Below, one piece after another: positions 1 through 12,679 of a stretch of 64,000 bases of DNA (position 1 is its first letter; each line of letters starts with the position of its first letter). Below the pieces are notes generated by a model. That model had not been told where the DNA came from and did no database searches. It saw only the letters and a list, made by a program, of their open reading frames with translations. Made by a program: the position numbers and the translations under genes. Source of the DNA: Eledone cirrhosa (lineage: Eukaryota); assembly GCA_964016885.1 (NCBI GenBank), contig CAXHJY010000281.1, positions 26,260 through 90,259 of the forward strand, in the 5' to 3' direction.

Positions 1-394
1 GTGCTCTAGGAACATTACCTCCGCTAAAACTGGGGATCAACTGTGTGTGCGTGTATATATATTGTTGATGACGCTCTGTCATTTACAACAAGTTCTTCAG
101 TTGACTCAATCAAGAAGTTAAGCATTCCATAGACATTACACTTAACATATTTCTCAGGGAGATTCAGTTTGACACAGTGTGTGACAAGGCTGGCCCCTTG
201 AATTGCAGGTACAATTCAGCTGAGTGATCTGAATTCGCATGAAATGAAACCTCTTGCTCAAGGACACAGTGCACTGCCTTGTCAGGGAATCAAACTCACA
301 ACCTTACAATTGTGAACTGAACACCCTAACTACTAACCTATGTGCCTTCCAATATCTATATATATTGCCCAGAATGAAAGAAATTTGATATAGG

Positions 395-2240
395 TTGATA
401 GATGGAGAGGAACATGTGTCAACTCTTTGTCAGCGAAAAACAATGCGTGGAGTAGGTATTATGTTAGCAGAAAAATAGGTAGATATGGTAATTGCTGTAA
501 ATAGAGTGAATGACAGAATAATTAAACTTAGACTAGTTCTAAATAGAATAATTGTTATATCTGCTTGTGCACCTCAATTTGGACTCAGATGAACTAAAAG
601 ACAGGTTTTATGAATGTCTAATGCACACCACTTCTCTAGCGAATGACAGTGGCTACATAATCATTGCAGGTGACTTTAATTGGCATGTTGGGCAACACTA
701 TGATGGCTTCTATAAGGTTCATGGAGGTTACAGGTTTAGTGTGAGAAATGGTTTCATGCTGGAATTCTGCAACGCCAATGATCTATCTGTAATACAAACT
801 AAAAAAAACTCAACAACCACTTGATCACCTACAGAGCCGGTGAGCATGCCAGTCAGATAGGTTTTATCCTCATCAGAAGACAAGATAGTGATGGTTGTAA
901 ACAGAAAATCCCTCCCTGATGAAGAATGTACTTCCCAACATAACCTAGTAGTTAGCGAGTTCATAGTTAGAGCTTGAAATGAACTGAGATAGAAGGCAAC
1001 ATGGAGGAGAACGATATGGAAGCTGTAGGAGCCCTTAGCCAGTAACAAATTCAGAGGTATTTTGCTTGAAGCTTACAACAGTATGAAAGGACAAAACAAT
1101 ATAAAGGAGCAGTGGGAATTTCTGAAAGATAATTTGTTAAAGGTGACAAACGAGATCTGTGGCTGAGGAGGAGAGTGACTTAGTGGTGGAACAGTAGGGT
1201 GGATGAGACAATTAATACCAAGAGACAGGCTTGGAAAGAATGGTAGAATGGGGGAAGCAGATTACACTACCAGGAAGCTAGGTGACAAGGAGAAAATGTT
1301 TTGCCATATGAGGACGAAAGATGTGAGGTCTTTCAGGATTGCAAGGCAGTGTGTCATGGAAAACTGAGATATGAAATGGATGGTGGGTCACAGATTAACC
1401 AGCCGTATTGTAAACCTAAAAATACAATATGGTGTTGTACCCAATGACTGGTGTAACAGCATCATTGTCAACTGCTGCAAGAGCAAAAGAGATGCACTTG
1501 ATAGAGGAAACTATAGAGGCATTAAGTTGGTGGACCAAGTCATGAAGGTTGCAGAGCACAGCTGATTAGGGATGGAGTTAACCTAGACCAGATGCAGTTC
1601 AGATTTATGCCAGGTAAAAGTACCACTGATGTCCTCTTATTTGTGAGGTAACTGCTGGAGAAAGCTTTTGACAGAGCTCCCTGTTCCATAATCTGGTGGG
1701 CCCTGAGAAAACTAGGGGTAGATGAATGGCTTGTGAAGGCAGTACAAGCAATGTTTAGAGAAGCAGTCTGAAAGGTTAGAATTAACAATGACTATAGGTG
1801 ATGTTTTAGAAAGGAGTAACTATAGAGGAATAAAGCTAAATGAACTGTTACAAAAGTGATGGAAAGAGTCAAATTAGATGAGATGCAGCTTGGTTTCATG
1901 CCTGGGAAAAATACTACAGATGCCTTTTTAGAGAAGTTCCTTGCCAAGATAAGCTGCTATATTTAGTGAGGAATTCAAGGTACTGGTAGAAGTTCATCAG
2001 GGTTCGGTTCTTAGACCACTGTTATTCATCATAATTCTCCAGGTCATAACAGAGGAGTTTAAGACTGACTGCCCATGGGAACTTTTCTATGCAGATGATC
2101 TGGTTCTTATAGAATAAGTTCTGGCTATGAACAGAATTTGGAATCAAGATGTCTGAGAGTAAAACTAAACTGCTAATAAGTAGGAAAGAAGATAGGACCC
2201 TGATTCACTCAGGGAAGTGACCCTGCTCAATATGTGAAGA
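395..2240 (+). mobile_element. Decayed RTE-clade LINE (APE endonuclease and RT fragments)
   Basis: IIAGDFNWHVG endonuclease motif (ORF 552-824) and KRDALDRGNYRGIKL (ORF 1371-1565); many stops and frameshifts, internal duplication near 1800-1900. Confidence 0.85.
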
Positions 2241-2432
2241 GGTGCCAGGAGATCTCAGTGGAAGGTAGCCACAGTAGAGGAAGTCCTGAACAGAGGTAGT
2301 GAGAACTGATCTCAAATTGCTGAGACTCGCAGAGGAGATGATGAAGGAATGTGGTGAGTGGGGAGATGCTGTGCTGAAAAGGATTCATCCAACCCATGCA
2401 AGAGTGGAAAAACAGACGGAAAAACGTTGATG

Positions 2433-3885
2433 ATATAGTGAAGAATTTAGCATCCTAGTAGGAATCCATCAGGGCTCAGTTCTTAGCCCTCTCCTTTTTA
2501 TTATCGTCCTGCAGGCTATAACAGGAGTTTAAGACTCACTGTCCTTGGAAACTCATGTATGATCTAACTCCTGTAACTTAATCTATGGCAGAATTAGAGA
2601 AGAAATTCTAAACCTGGAAGCATGGCCTAGAATCAAAAGGTCTTAAAAGACTAAAAGACTTAGTAATTAGAAAGGAAAACAGGGTTCAGATCTCCTCAGG
2701 GAAATGACCTTGCTCAGTGTGCAGGAAAGGAGTAGGTTTTACATATGGTCATTGCACAGGAGCAGTAAGCAGCAAGTGCTACAGGAAATAACAAGCTCTA
2801 TAAAATTCTTAGAGGGTTTCATAGAAGTAGTTGATAGCTTCTGTTAGCTCTGTAAGAAAATTAGCAGTGTAGGTGGGTGCTCCTAAAGTGCAGTAGCCAG
2901 AGTCAGAACCAAATGGAAAAAGTTGAGGGAGCTGCTACTGCTGCTAGCTACAAAAGTGTTTTCCCACAATATGAAAGCAGATTGCATGAAGCTTGTGTAT
3001 GAACAACAATACTGCAGGGAAGTGAGACCTGGGCAATATGTGCAGAGGACCTCAAAGATTGGAAAGAAATGAAGCTCGCATGTTCCGATGGATGTGTAAT
3101 AGTAGTGTGCGTGAACGACAAAGCGTCAATGAACTGAGAGAAACTGGACATAAACGGGGTTAGATGCAGTGTGCAAGAGAAGAGATTGCAATGGTATGGA
3201 CATGTGATGCACATGGAGGAAGCTGTATTAAAAGGTGGGCACTCAAAGTTGATGGAAGTTATGGGAAGAGGAAGTCCTAGGAAAGCTTGGAATGAAGTGA
3301 TAAAAGCTGACCTTGTATAATTAAACCTCTCAAAAGAGATGGTATAGTATCGAGATCTCTGGCGTTATGCTATACTGCAGAAGACCCGCCCTCACATGTG
3401 CACAGGATAAAGCAAACATAGAAGACCTAGTCTGAATCAATCTTCTGTTCTTTACTCCTTACCAGTCTTAACACACCCACTATCTAAATAATCCATGCAC
3501 GTCACCCATGTTGAACCTGTGTACTTGATTCTTCCATTCCAACCCCCAGGTGCACCCCTTCAGCAAAAAAATAAATAAAACCACAATGTCCACCCCATGT
3601 TGTGATCTGGACAACAACAAAGTACCCAGTGTATCATACCAGAAATGCGGTTGTGTTGGTGACAGGAAAAAGCACCCAGTCCACTTTGTTAGATAGTTGT
3701 TTGGGTGCCAAGATAAAAAGCACCCAATCCACACTGTTATGTGGTTGGCATTAGGAAGGGCATCCAGCCATAGAAACCAGATCTGTATGAGCGAGACATG
3801 GTCACCTGATCTGAATATTGTCTCATAATATGACAACCTGTCTAACCCGTGCAAGTATGGAAAATAGATGTTAAATAGTGATAAT
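2433..3885 (+). mobile_element. Decayed RTE LINE, 3' half with 3' UTR
   Basis: HQGSVLSPLLF-coding region near 2467, RT C-terminal region, 3' UTR with GGAAGGGCATCCAGC box and degenerate tail near 3870-3885. Confidence 0.8.
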
Positions 3886-3944
3886 ATTTGGTGTTTGTTG
3901 GGATATATACGTATGATGATATATGGGACCACCCAGACCAATGT

Positions 3945-4436
3945 TGTAAATGTGGTGCTATCAGGAAGGGCATCTAACAGTCGTAAAAGTTAAGCCAAAA
4001 TGCAGTCCCACTATGAACAAGGTACGTCGTAGCCAACTGGCCAAACTTGTCTCATAATGTGACCATCCCAGCTCCACGCTGTAAACGTGGATGGTGTTTA
4101 GGAAGGACATCCAGCAGCTGTAAAAACTTGGCCTCATTTTGAACAACTGGCCATCCTCCGTCATAATGAGACCACCCAGCTCCCAAAATATGGTTCTGCC
4201 ATGAGTAGGGTATGACGTGGCCAACCAGCCAAACCCGCCTCATAACAGGATCGCCCAGTTCTACACTGTAAATGTGATTGGTCTTAGGGAGGGTAACCAG
4301 CTGTAAGAAACCTAACCAAAATAGTTCCATTTGAGCAAGATACAGTGCGACCAATTGGCCAAACTTACCTCATAACATTGCTGACTCTTCTAACCCATGC
4401 AAGCGTGGAAAAACAAACGTTAAACAATGATGATGA
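3945..4436 (+). mobile_element. RTE-tail-derived non-autonomous element with three tandem GGAAGGGCATCC modules
   Basis: Module repeated near 3945, 4078 and 4263; ends aacccatgcaagcgtggaaaaacaaacgttaaacaatgatgatgat. Confidence 0.7.
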
Positions 4437-6070
4437 TATATATAAACATGAAATGATTTGGAGCATTGTGTGTGTAAATATTTCATAAAATTGTAGTGAA
4501 CTTGAATGCTGAAATAGCTGTAAAAGAGTCTGGTTAAACAAAGCCCCTTAATGAATGGGAGTGCGATCAGTGAATTAAAGGAATAGAGTGTATAACATAT
4601 GAAATATGGGAGAAAGAGAAAAGATGGAATGAAAGTGATAGAGCATATGATGTTGACATAAAGAAGTAAGAATGAAATAACAGTGGAGAAAAGCAAAGTT
4701 GAATAACATAAAAGAATGAACTATAGTGTTAAATACCTCATCAGCTTCCTTCTAGCTACATGATTTTGATGCTATGGTTCTTTCTTTTATGTTATTCAAC
4801 TTTGTATTAAATGTTTTTCATGTACTGATACAGCTGGTGCCTTGAACTTGCAAATACTGGCATAACTGTAAAAGCTGAGTTCTGGTTATCCTACTGGACA
4901 GATGTTACCAAAATATTCATATATGCTTCATGGTAAATGCATCCAGAACTTGTAAGACAATAGAAAAGCCAACCTGCTATACAAACCATGCCAAAAGGGT
5001 CAGGAAGTTTTCAGTTGTATCAGACATAGCAATCTTCCAAGCATTGGTGATCAACACAGCACACTCTTGAAAAAGGTGATGGGAAAAGCATCCGGTCATA
5101 GAAAACCTTCCCAAACAAAGGATCGGGAAGACTCTTCAACTGTACCATGATAAAATCCACTCAGTTGAGCATGGGATTGAATGACATGCCCAGCTCACCT
5201 AGCAGTCAAAGGCTTTGCTTGAGTACTGACTTGGTCTGTAACAACATGTCTGACCCTTGCTAGCATTAAAAACAAACATTAAACAATAAAGGTGTTGATA
5301 TATTCACTTTACATTTTTCTTCACACTCAAGGGTCATGTGGGTACTGTTTATTCAGTGTATCTTGGGCAAATACAATCTGGCAGAGCCCATCTCTCCTCT
5401 CTGGGCTAATATAATGATAAAATTGTAGTACCATCGTGAAAGTAAACTGGCAACAACATGCAGCAATGTAGCTTCATTTGTTCCATGTCGTTATACGAAC
5501 TGTTTGCTACATGGGGTTTCTTGATGTTTTCCTGCTACTGTGGTTTCTACTATTTCAGTGATGACATACATATTCAATACTCTGAAGATAAGTTGTTCAC
5601 TTTGTAGTGCAGTTTTTGCGCTTTCAAAGTTGGGAACTTTACTACATTGCTGTTTTTAGAGGCATTTGTCTGAGAAATAGTGCAGTCTTAGTTGCTTTTG
5701 GTCTATCTGTCTATCTTCAGACGGTTGTTGCAGTTTAGGCTTTGTTGTTATAGTTGTTCTTTTCTAAAGATTGTTTACATTGGTGTATATACATACGTAG
5801 ATATCTTTAGAATGACATTCAGATGGAGAGGTAAGGAGATAGACATGTAGATATGTAGGTAAATAGACAGATATTGACAAATGTACAATTTTTATTGTAA
5901 TTGTTTAGGATATCCCTCCCCATACACATAAATTTTTAATATTTCAGTGTCTTTTGTGTCATTTGGCTGCTATTTTTAGCATTTCACAAAACACAACATT
6001 GTGTAATTTAAAATAGTCTTGGCTATATATATATATCATTATCACCGTTTAACGTTCATTTTTCCACTAT

Positions 6071-6115
<45 letters not shown>

Positions 6116-6118
<3 letters not shown>

Positions 6119-6298
6119 CTGTTTCTACTTTTGGCACAAGGCCAACAATTAGTCAATACATTACTGGTATGTTATTTTATCGACCCCGTAAGGATGAAAG
6201 GCAAAGTTAACCTCGACAGGATTTGAACTCAGACCGTAATAGGACATGCTAGAAAGCATGACGTCCAACCCTCTACCGATACTGCCAAATTGCCGCCC
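6116..6298 (-). mobile_element. tRNA-derived SINE, family A
   Basis: Reverse complement of the family consensus ggattggcagtatcggtagaggg...gagttcaaatcc..ccgaggttaactttgcctttcatcctt.cggggtcgataaaataa..taccag...gccttgtgccaaaagtagaaacaatt. Confidence 0.85.
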
Positions 6299-7087
6299 TT
6301 TATATATATATATTTCTAGCAGATTGAGTGATGTAGATGAGACTTGTTTGTCAGACCAGCTACTGATCAGATATTCTGGCTGTCACCATCACATTAATCA
6401 TTTTTGTTTTTTGTTATTGTTTAGACATAGTGTATCTAGAACAATAACATTATCCAACATCTTTCTTAGGTTCCTTTAAAATAGAGTAGGGTCTGATTTG
6501 GCTGATATTTCTTGCAATTCGAGCAATTTAAAAGCTCCCTTGTTCGTCAGCCGTTTTTATCATATTGTTTAATCACAGGTTAACCAATGTGTATATAATC
6601 ATTATCATTGTTTTACGTCCATTTTTCCATGTTGATATGGGTTGGACGGGTCTTTTTCAGCACATCTCTCCACTTGTGGTCCTTCGTCATCTCCTTTCTG
6701 AGCTTCAGTGGTTTAAGATCAGCTCTCGCTAGCTCTGCTCAGGTCTTCCTTGGTTTCTCTCTACTGCAACATCTTTTCACTAGGATAAATATATATAAAT
6801 GTAACTTGTGTTAGTTTATTTCTAGTAATGTAATGTTTCGACTAAGAAATACCAAACTTGAAAAATAAGATAATTAAATGGCTAAATCCTTTTATGTTTG
6901 TGCTGCACTCTAATAAATCTAATCAATAAAAGACAACAGTAGAAAGATGGGTAGATCAAAGTGTATACAGATATATTACAGAACATAGCTCATATAGAGG
7001 AAGTGAGACATCTATGGAAAGAACCCATCTATGTTTTTATTTCACTCTTGTTTTACAATTTCTAGTTACATAAAGTGGTTTATTTAT

Positions 7088-7460
7088 TCATCATCATCGT
7101 TTAACGTCCATTTTCCCATGCTAGCATGGGTTAGACGGGTTTTCCTGTTTGAGGTAAGTTGGGTCAGGTGACTGTCATACTCACACAGAACTGTTTCTGG
7201 CTTGGTTTCTATGGCTAGATGCCCTTCCTAACGCCAACCACATTTACAGTGTGTGCTGGGTGCTTTTTGTCGTGGCTCCTGCGTGACCACTTTACAATCT
7301 GTGCCACCTACATGACCACTTTACAATCTGTGCCACCTACATGACCACTTTACAATCTGTGCCACCTACATGACCACTTTACAATCTGCGCCACCTACAG
7401 GACCACTTTATAGTGTGGGCTGGGTGCTTTTTGTTGTGACACACCTACATGACCACTTTA
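7088..7460 (-). mobile_element. RTE-tail element containing a 29-bp minisatellite (7284-7410)
   Basis: Begins with catcatcatcgtttaacgtcc (reverse (GAT)n tail); unit tgaccactttacaatctgtgccacctaca at 7284, 7313, 7342, 7371 and partial at 7400. Confidence 0.8.
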
Positions 7461-7821
7461 AGATATATATGATGATGATGATATAAACACATATATTGTA
7501 TATTTAAATTTTAAAAGAATTGAAAAAAACATTTAAAAACTTTTAAATATTTTTTTATGGAATTCTAAAAATTCGTTTATTTTTTTTTAATTTCAAAATT
7601 TTTTTTTAAATTCTAAATATTGATAATAATTTATAATTAAACAAATTTTTTTCCAGATTTTAAATCTGATGTTCAAAACCAAAAAAATAATTTTGAATAA
7701 TTTAGTGTTCAATATTTACATCAGTACTTGTAATATATTTTGCTTTCAGCACTTTTTCTTCCTAAAATGAGAAATATCCATAAAAATATATTATAATGTT
7801 TTCTTTTTGCTTATTTCACAG

Positions 7822-7909
7822 GTTGCGGATCAATTGTATCGGAATATTCGATGTATTAACGTTTGACAGTAATCAGGGACCCTTTGTCAGTCTCGTACCT
7901 CACTATCAG
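7822..7909 (+). CDS. PAN3: PAN3 internal coding exon (pseudokinase C-lobe): (R)LRINCIGIFDVLTFDSNQGPFVSLVPHYQ
   Basis: Acceptor tttcacag at 7814-7821, donor gtaag at 7910; 88 nt (1 nt + 29 codons). Peptide matches the metazoan PAN3 motif RLRvNCvGvFDVLTFD...yQ recalled from vertebrate PAN3. Confidence 0.93.
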
Positions 7910-8590
7910 GTAAGATTCTCTTTTTCTCATCACTCCTGTTATGTCCCTCATTCATTTTTATCTTTTACATTTGCATTGCCATACTGTCATGGGTTGGATG
8001 GATGTGAATCATTACCAAAGTCCAAGTCAAATTACTGTATTCCTAGATGTTTCAGAGGACCAGGTCTCACTTGTATTTATGTTTCAATTTTTTAACGTTT
8101 TCTATGGCTTGATACTCTTCCTGAGGCCAACCACTTTACAAAGTGCACTGAATGCATTTTATTGTGACACACCAACACTAGAGAGGTCATCTTATTCTCA
8201 ACAAGACTAATGAACTCTCTCTTCCCTACACTGTCTAATATATTTTTTATTGAGCTCTTGAATATACTGGTTTTTACTTATTTTTGTACAACTTATTTGC
8301 AAGTATATATACAATAAATGAATGCAACATACTCAAAAGATTAACAGTTTCATTACCATATTTCTAATGAAATGCACAGTATTTTATTTAATGAAGAATT
8401 TGTAAGGATTTGCATATGTTAGGTTTTAACGTAAATAGGAATCCTTTAAAATGTGTGATTTTGATTCATGAACCTAAAGGTAGTTTTGGACGAGTTAGTA
8501 TCATGACTTGAGATGTTCATTTTGCAATCATGAGATTTTTTTTGCAAGGCCTGCCTTTTCTTGGTATTTTTATTGCCGAATGAACAGTAT

Positions 8591-8871
8591 TTAACCCTTT
8601 AGCATTTACATTACTCTATATATGCTATTATATTTTCACAGTACCAGTAATACACTGGGTAATTGCTGGCCTTGTGCCAAAAGTAGAAACAATTATATTT
8701 TCACAGTAAAGGCTTTATCTCACATAATATTGAATCTATGAGATTTTGATATTATTTATTTTGGGAACAATATTTTAACATTAGTATGAGTGGCTGGTTA
8801 CAGCCAGTTTGAAAAGAAAGAGGCAAGAGAATTCTGGCTGGATACTGTCAGTTTAAATGCTAAAGAATTAA
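8591..8871. mobile_element. piggyBac-type MITE with nested SINE 3' fragment
   Basis: TTAA|ccctttagcattt ... aaatgctaaagaa|TTAA termini; SINE tail at 8644-8692 flanked by duplicated ttatattttcacagta. Confidence 0.8.
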
Positions 8872-9903
8872 GTCAATATCACCACAAACAGTTTCTATAT
8901 CAATCTCTATTAGTACTGGATCCTCTGGTAATATTTCCTGTACAATAACCATATCTTCTTCAGCAACAATCTGTTTGCCTTTTGGATTTAGTTACTATTT
9001 TCATAGGGTTGGTGCTATCTGTAGTACTTCTGGAGGCTTGGGTTTCGCAAGAGGTTGTCACCTCTGTGGGGTCAAAATTCTCACAGTCTATGATTTGGAA
9101 ATCTTCATTAGAAATTTGCAGAATAAATTCTTTATGAACATTAGAATTTGCTTTCTTAAAATCTATCTCAGACCAGAGAACTAGCCATCTTAGAACTCGC
9201 ACGAGTAGCATGCCTAGTCCTTTTAGGAACCATTTTGACAGCAGGGTTGAGGCTAGCCTTCTTCAAAGTCATTTTGGAAATTACCCTGGCAGTATGCCCA
9301 GCCTGTTTGGAAGCCACTTTTGAATTGGGGCTAGTTTTTGTGGGTGTCACTTTGGGAGCTGGGTTAGTCTTTTATGTAATTTTGGTAGTACAGGTGGTCT
9401 GTCTAGGAGTCACTTTTGTTTTCTTGGCGATCCAAGTTATTTACCTTGCTGGTGCTGCTTCTAGCTAACGAGTTCACCTAAAGCTCTAAGGCAGAGGGGT
9501 AGAGGTGATATAATAGTATATTAAATATCAAATGATACATCATCATCATCATATTTTAATGTCCATCTTCCACGCCAGCATGAGTTAGACAGTTTTGTTC
9601 CATTTGATGCGGGAATGGTCAGGAGACCATGGCTCACTTGTACGGAAGCCTCTCTGGCAGGTTTTCTACAGCTGGATTCCCTTCCTAACACCAACCACAT
9701 TTACACTGTGGACTGGGAGCCTTTTCACCGTGTCTCCTACACAGCCACTACATATTGATTTATTTATTTATACATTGTATATATATTACTTATTATATAT
9801 AAATGATTTTATTATAAAGAATTCAGTTTGAAGGCCACAGCTATGCACAATGGATGAAAACAAATAGTCATAAAAAACGAGGAGTGTTTATTATATATTA
9901 TTG

Positions 9904-10094
9904 AGATGGTGGATTGGCAGTATTGGTAGAGGGTCTGACGCCATGCTTTGCAGCAAAGAGTTACGGCCCTTTATGATCTGAGTTCAAATCCTGCCGAGGT
10001 TAACTTTGCCTTTCATCCTAATGGGCTCGATAAAATAAAGCACCAGTAATGTACTGGGATAATTGCTGCCCTTGTGCCAAAAGTAGAAACAATT
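9904..10094 (+). mobile_element. tRNA-derived SINE, family A
   Basis: A-box-like tggcagtattggtaga, B-box gagttcaaatcc, family body and agtagaaacaatt tail. Confidence 0.85.
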
Positions 10095-10561
10095 GTATAT
10101 TATTTACAATTTGTGTGTAGGCAGGTCTGTCGGGAAATATGGTTGGAGAGGCGCTGAAGGTATTAAATGGCAGTGACGGGGACTGGCCCAAAACGTTTGA
10201 GAACTTCTGATAATATTACTGAAAATAAGTTTCTGCTGAGAAGGTGATGTGCATCATCATCGTTTAACATCTGTTTCCTCTGCTAGCAAGGAATGGGAGA
10301 GTCATCGCTGACCAAGTCAATACTCAGGTGGAACTAAGGATATTTCAGATGAGTTTAGGGTTAGGGATGATGATTGTAAATGTGGTTGGTGTTAGGAAGG
10401 GCATCCAGCTGTAAAAATCCCAACCAATATACAGTTCCGTCTGAGCAAGGTACAGTGTGACCAACTGGCCAGGCTTGCCTCATGTCATGGACAACCCATC
10501 CAAACCATCGAAGCATAGAAAATGGATGTTAAAAGATGATGATGATATATATATATATATA

Positions 10562-12679
10562 TAGCTTGGAAGTGTCACTACGAAAGGCTACTAAATGAGG
10601 AAAATAAATGGGAGAAAGACAGTCTCCCCCACATCGATCCAATAGAGGGACCATCAGTGTTAGTTGAAGGTAGTATAATAAGTAAGGCAATCAAAGATAT
10701 GAAGACGGGTAAGGCGGCTGGGCCTTCGGAAATAGTTGCTGAAAGCTTCTGGAATGGTAGGACACACTATGGTCACCTGGATAGTAAACCAAGTCATACA
10801 GAATGGGGTTGTTCCGAAGGACAGGCGTAGCAGCAACATCATTAACTGCTACAAGGGTAAAGGAGATGCCCTAGATAGGGGTAACTATAGAGGCATTAAA
10901 TTAATCGACCAGGTCATGAAGGTCACAGAAAAAGTAATAGCGCAACTAATCAGAGAGAAAATTGATCTAGATGAAATGCAGTTCGGGTTTGTGTCAGGTA
11001 AAAGTACCACAGACGCTCTTTTCATTGTACGACAACTACAGGAGAAGTACCTAGCTAAAAGTAAACCCCTATACTTAGCTTTTGTCGACTTGGAGAAAGC
11101 CTTTGACAGAGTCCCCGTTCCATTATCTGGTGGGCTCTTAGAAAACTAGGTGTTGACGAATGGCTTGTGAGGGCTATACAAGCCATGTATAAAGAAACAG
11201 TGAGCAAGGTTAGAATTAACAACGAATATAGTGAAGAGTTTAGCGTAAAAGTTGGTGTCCATCAGGGCTCTGTTCTTAGCCCCCTACTATTTATTATTGC
11301 TCTTCAGGCTATAACAGAGGAGTTCAAGACCGGCTGCCCATGGAAACTCCTATACGCAGATGACCTAACGCTCATAGCTGAATCAATGGCCGAGCTAGAG
11401 AAGAAATTCCAAACATGGAAGCACGGCCTAGAATCAAAAGGCCTTAAAATTAACCTGGCTAAGACTAAAGTTCTAGTTTGTAGGAAAGAAAATAAGGCGC
11501 CGGTCCCTTCCGGGAAATGGCCATGCTCAGTGTGTAGGAAAGGCGTAGGTAGAAACTCCATTTTGTGTCCCAAATGCAAAGTATGGGTGCATAAAAGATG
11601 TAGTGGGATCACAGGTAAGCTAACTAAGAACATAGATTTTACATGTGGCCGGTGCTCTGGTGCAATAAGTAGCAGCAAGTGCCCACAGAATACTAGCTCA
11701 TTCCATTGCACAGATGGTTCTATAGAAATAGTGGACACCTTCCGTTACTTGGGTGACAAAATCAGCAGTGGTGGAGGGTACTCTGAAAGTACAGTAGCTA
11801 GAGTCAGAACGGGATGGAAAAAGTTCAGAGAGCTTATACCACTATTGGCCGCTAAAGGGTTCTCTCTAAAAATGAAAGGCAGGCTGTATGATGCCTGCAT
11901 ACGAACAGCAATGTTACATGGCAGTGAGACCTGGGCATTGTGTGCAGAGGATATATGCAGACTGGAGAGAAACGAAGGTGGCATGCTCCGCTGGATGTGT
12001 AATAGTAATATACGTGAACGGCAAAGCATAAACGAACTAAGGGAGAAATTAGGAATAAGAGGGATCAGATGTTGTTTACTCGAGAGAAGACTACGTTGGT
12101 ACGGTCACGTGATGCGCATGAAAGACGGCAGCTGTATAAAAAGGTGCAGGGCGATAAAAATAGACGGTAGCCATGGAGTAGGCAGACCCAGAAAAACCTT
12201 GGACGACTTGATAAATTCCGACCTCACACACACCTCTCCAAGACAATGTCACTGGACCGAGATCTTTGGCGCTACACAGTTATACAGAAGACCTGCCTTG
12301 CCTAAGTACAAAGCGAAACCTACAGTCAGTAGGCACCTCTAACAAAATACACCCCCGTCCCACTACCCCTACCCCAACCACACCACCCCCTTAAATGTGA
12401 AGTTTTGTTGGTACCACAACATCCAGTCCGAAACATGAGGTCGTGTAGGTGTCACGACAAAAAAACACAGTCCACGCTGTAGTGTGGCCGTGTAGGTAAC
12501 ACGGTAAAAACCTCCCAGTCCACACTGTAAACGTGGTTAGTGTTAAGAAGGGCATCCAGCCGTAGAAAACCCGCCAGACAGTCCTATACGAGTAGGACAA
12601 CCAATCTTGCCTCAAGTGGGAAAACTCCCATCCAAACCCATGCAAGCGTGGAAGATGGACGTTAAACGATGATGATGAT
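10562..12679 (+). mobile_element. Young 5'-truncated RTE LINE: reverse transcriptase with inserted PHD finger, 3' UTR and (GAT)n tail
   Basis: ORFs 10736-11149 and 11167-12342 give NYRGIKL, QFGF, AFVDLEKAFDRV, HQGSVLSPLLF, LLYADDL, FRYLG and RLRWYGHVMR. Frameshifts near 10740, 11116 and 12230; flanked by (TA)n. Confidence 0.95.

Noticed and set aside
7284-7410. 29-bp direct repeats of CRISPR-like length
   Set aside because: Units are contiguous with no spacers, lie inside a retroposon tail, and there are no cas genes; this is a minisatellite in eukaryotic DNA.
11304-12029. Minus-strand ORFs overlapping the RT (also 57759-58454 and 27792-28115)
   Set aside because: Antisense shadows of the RTE coding frame with no independent protein features.
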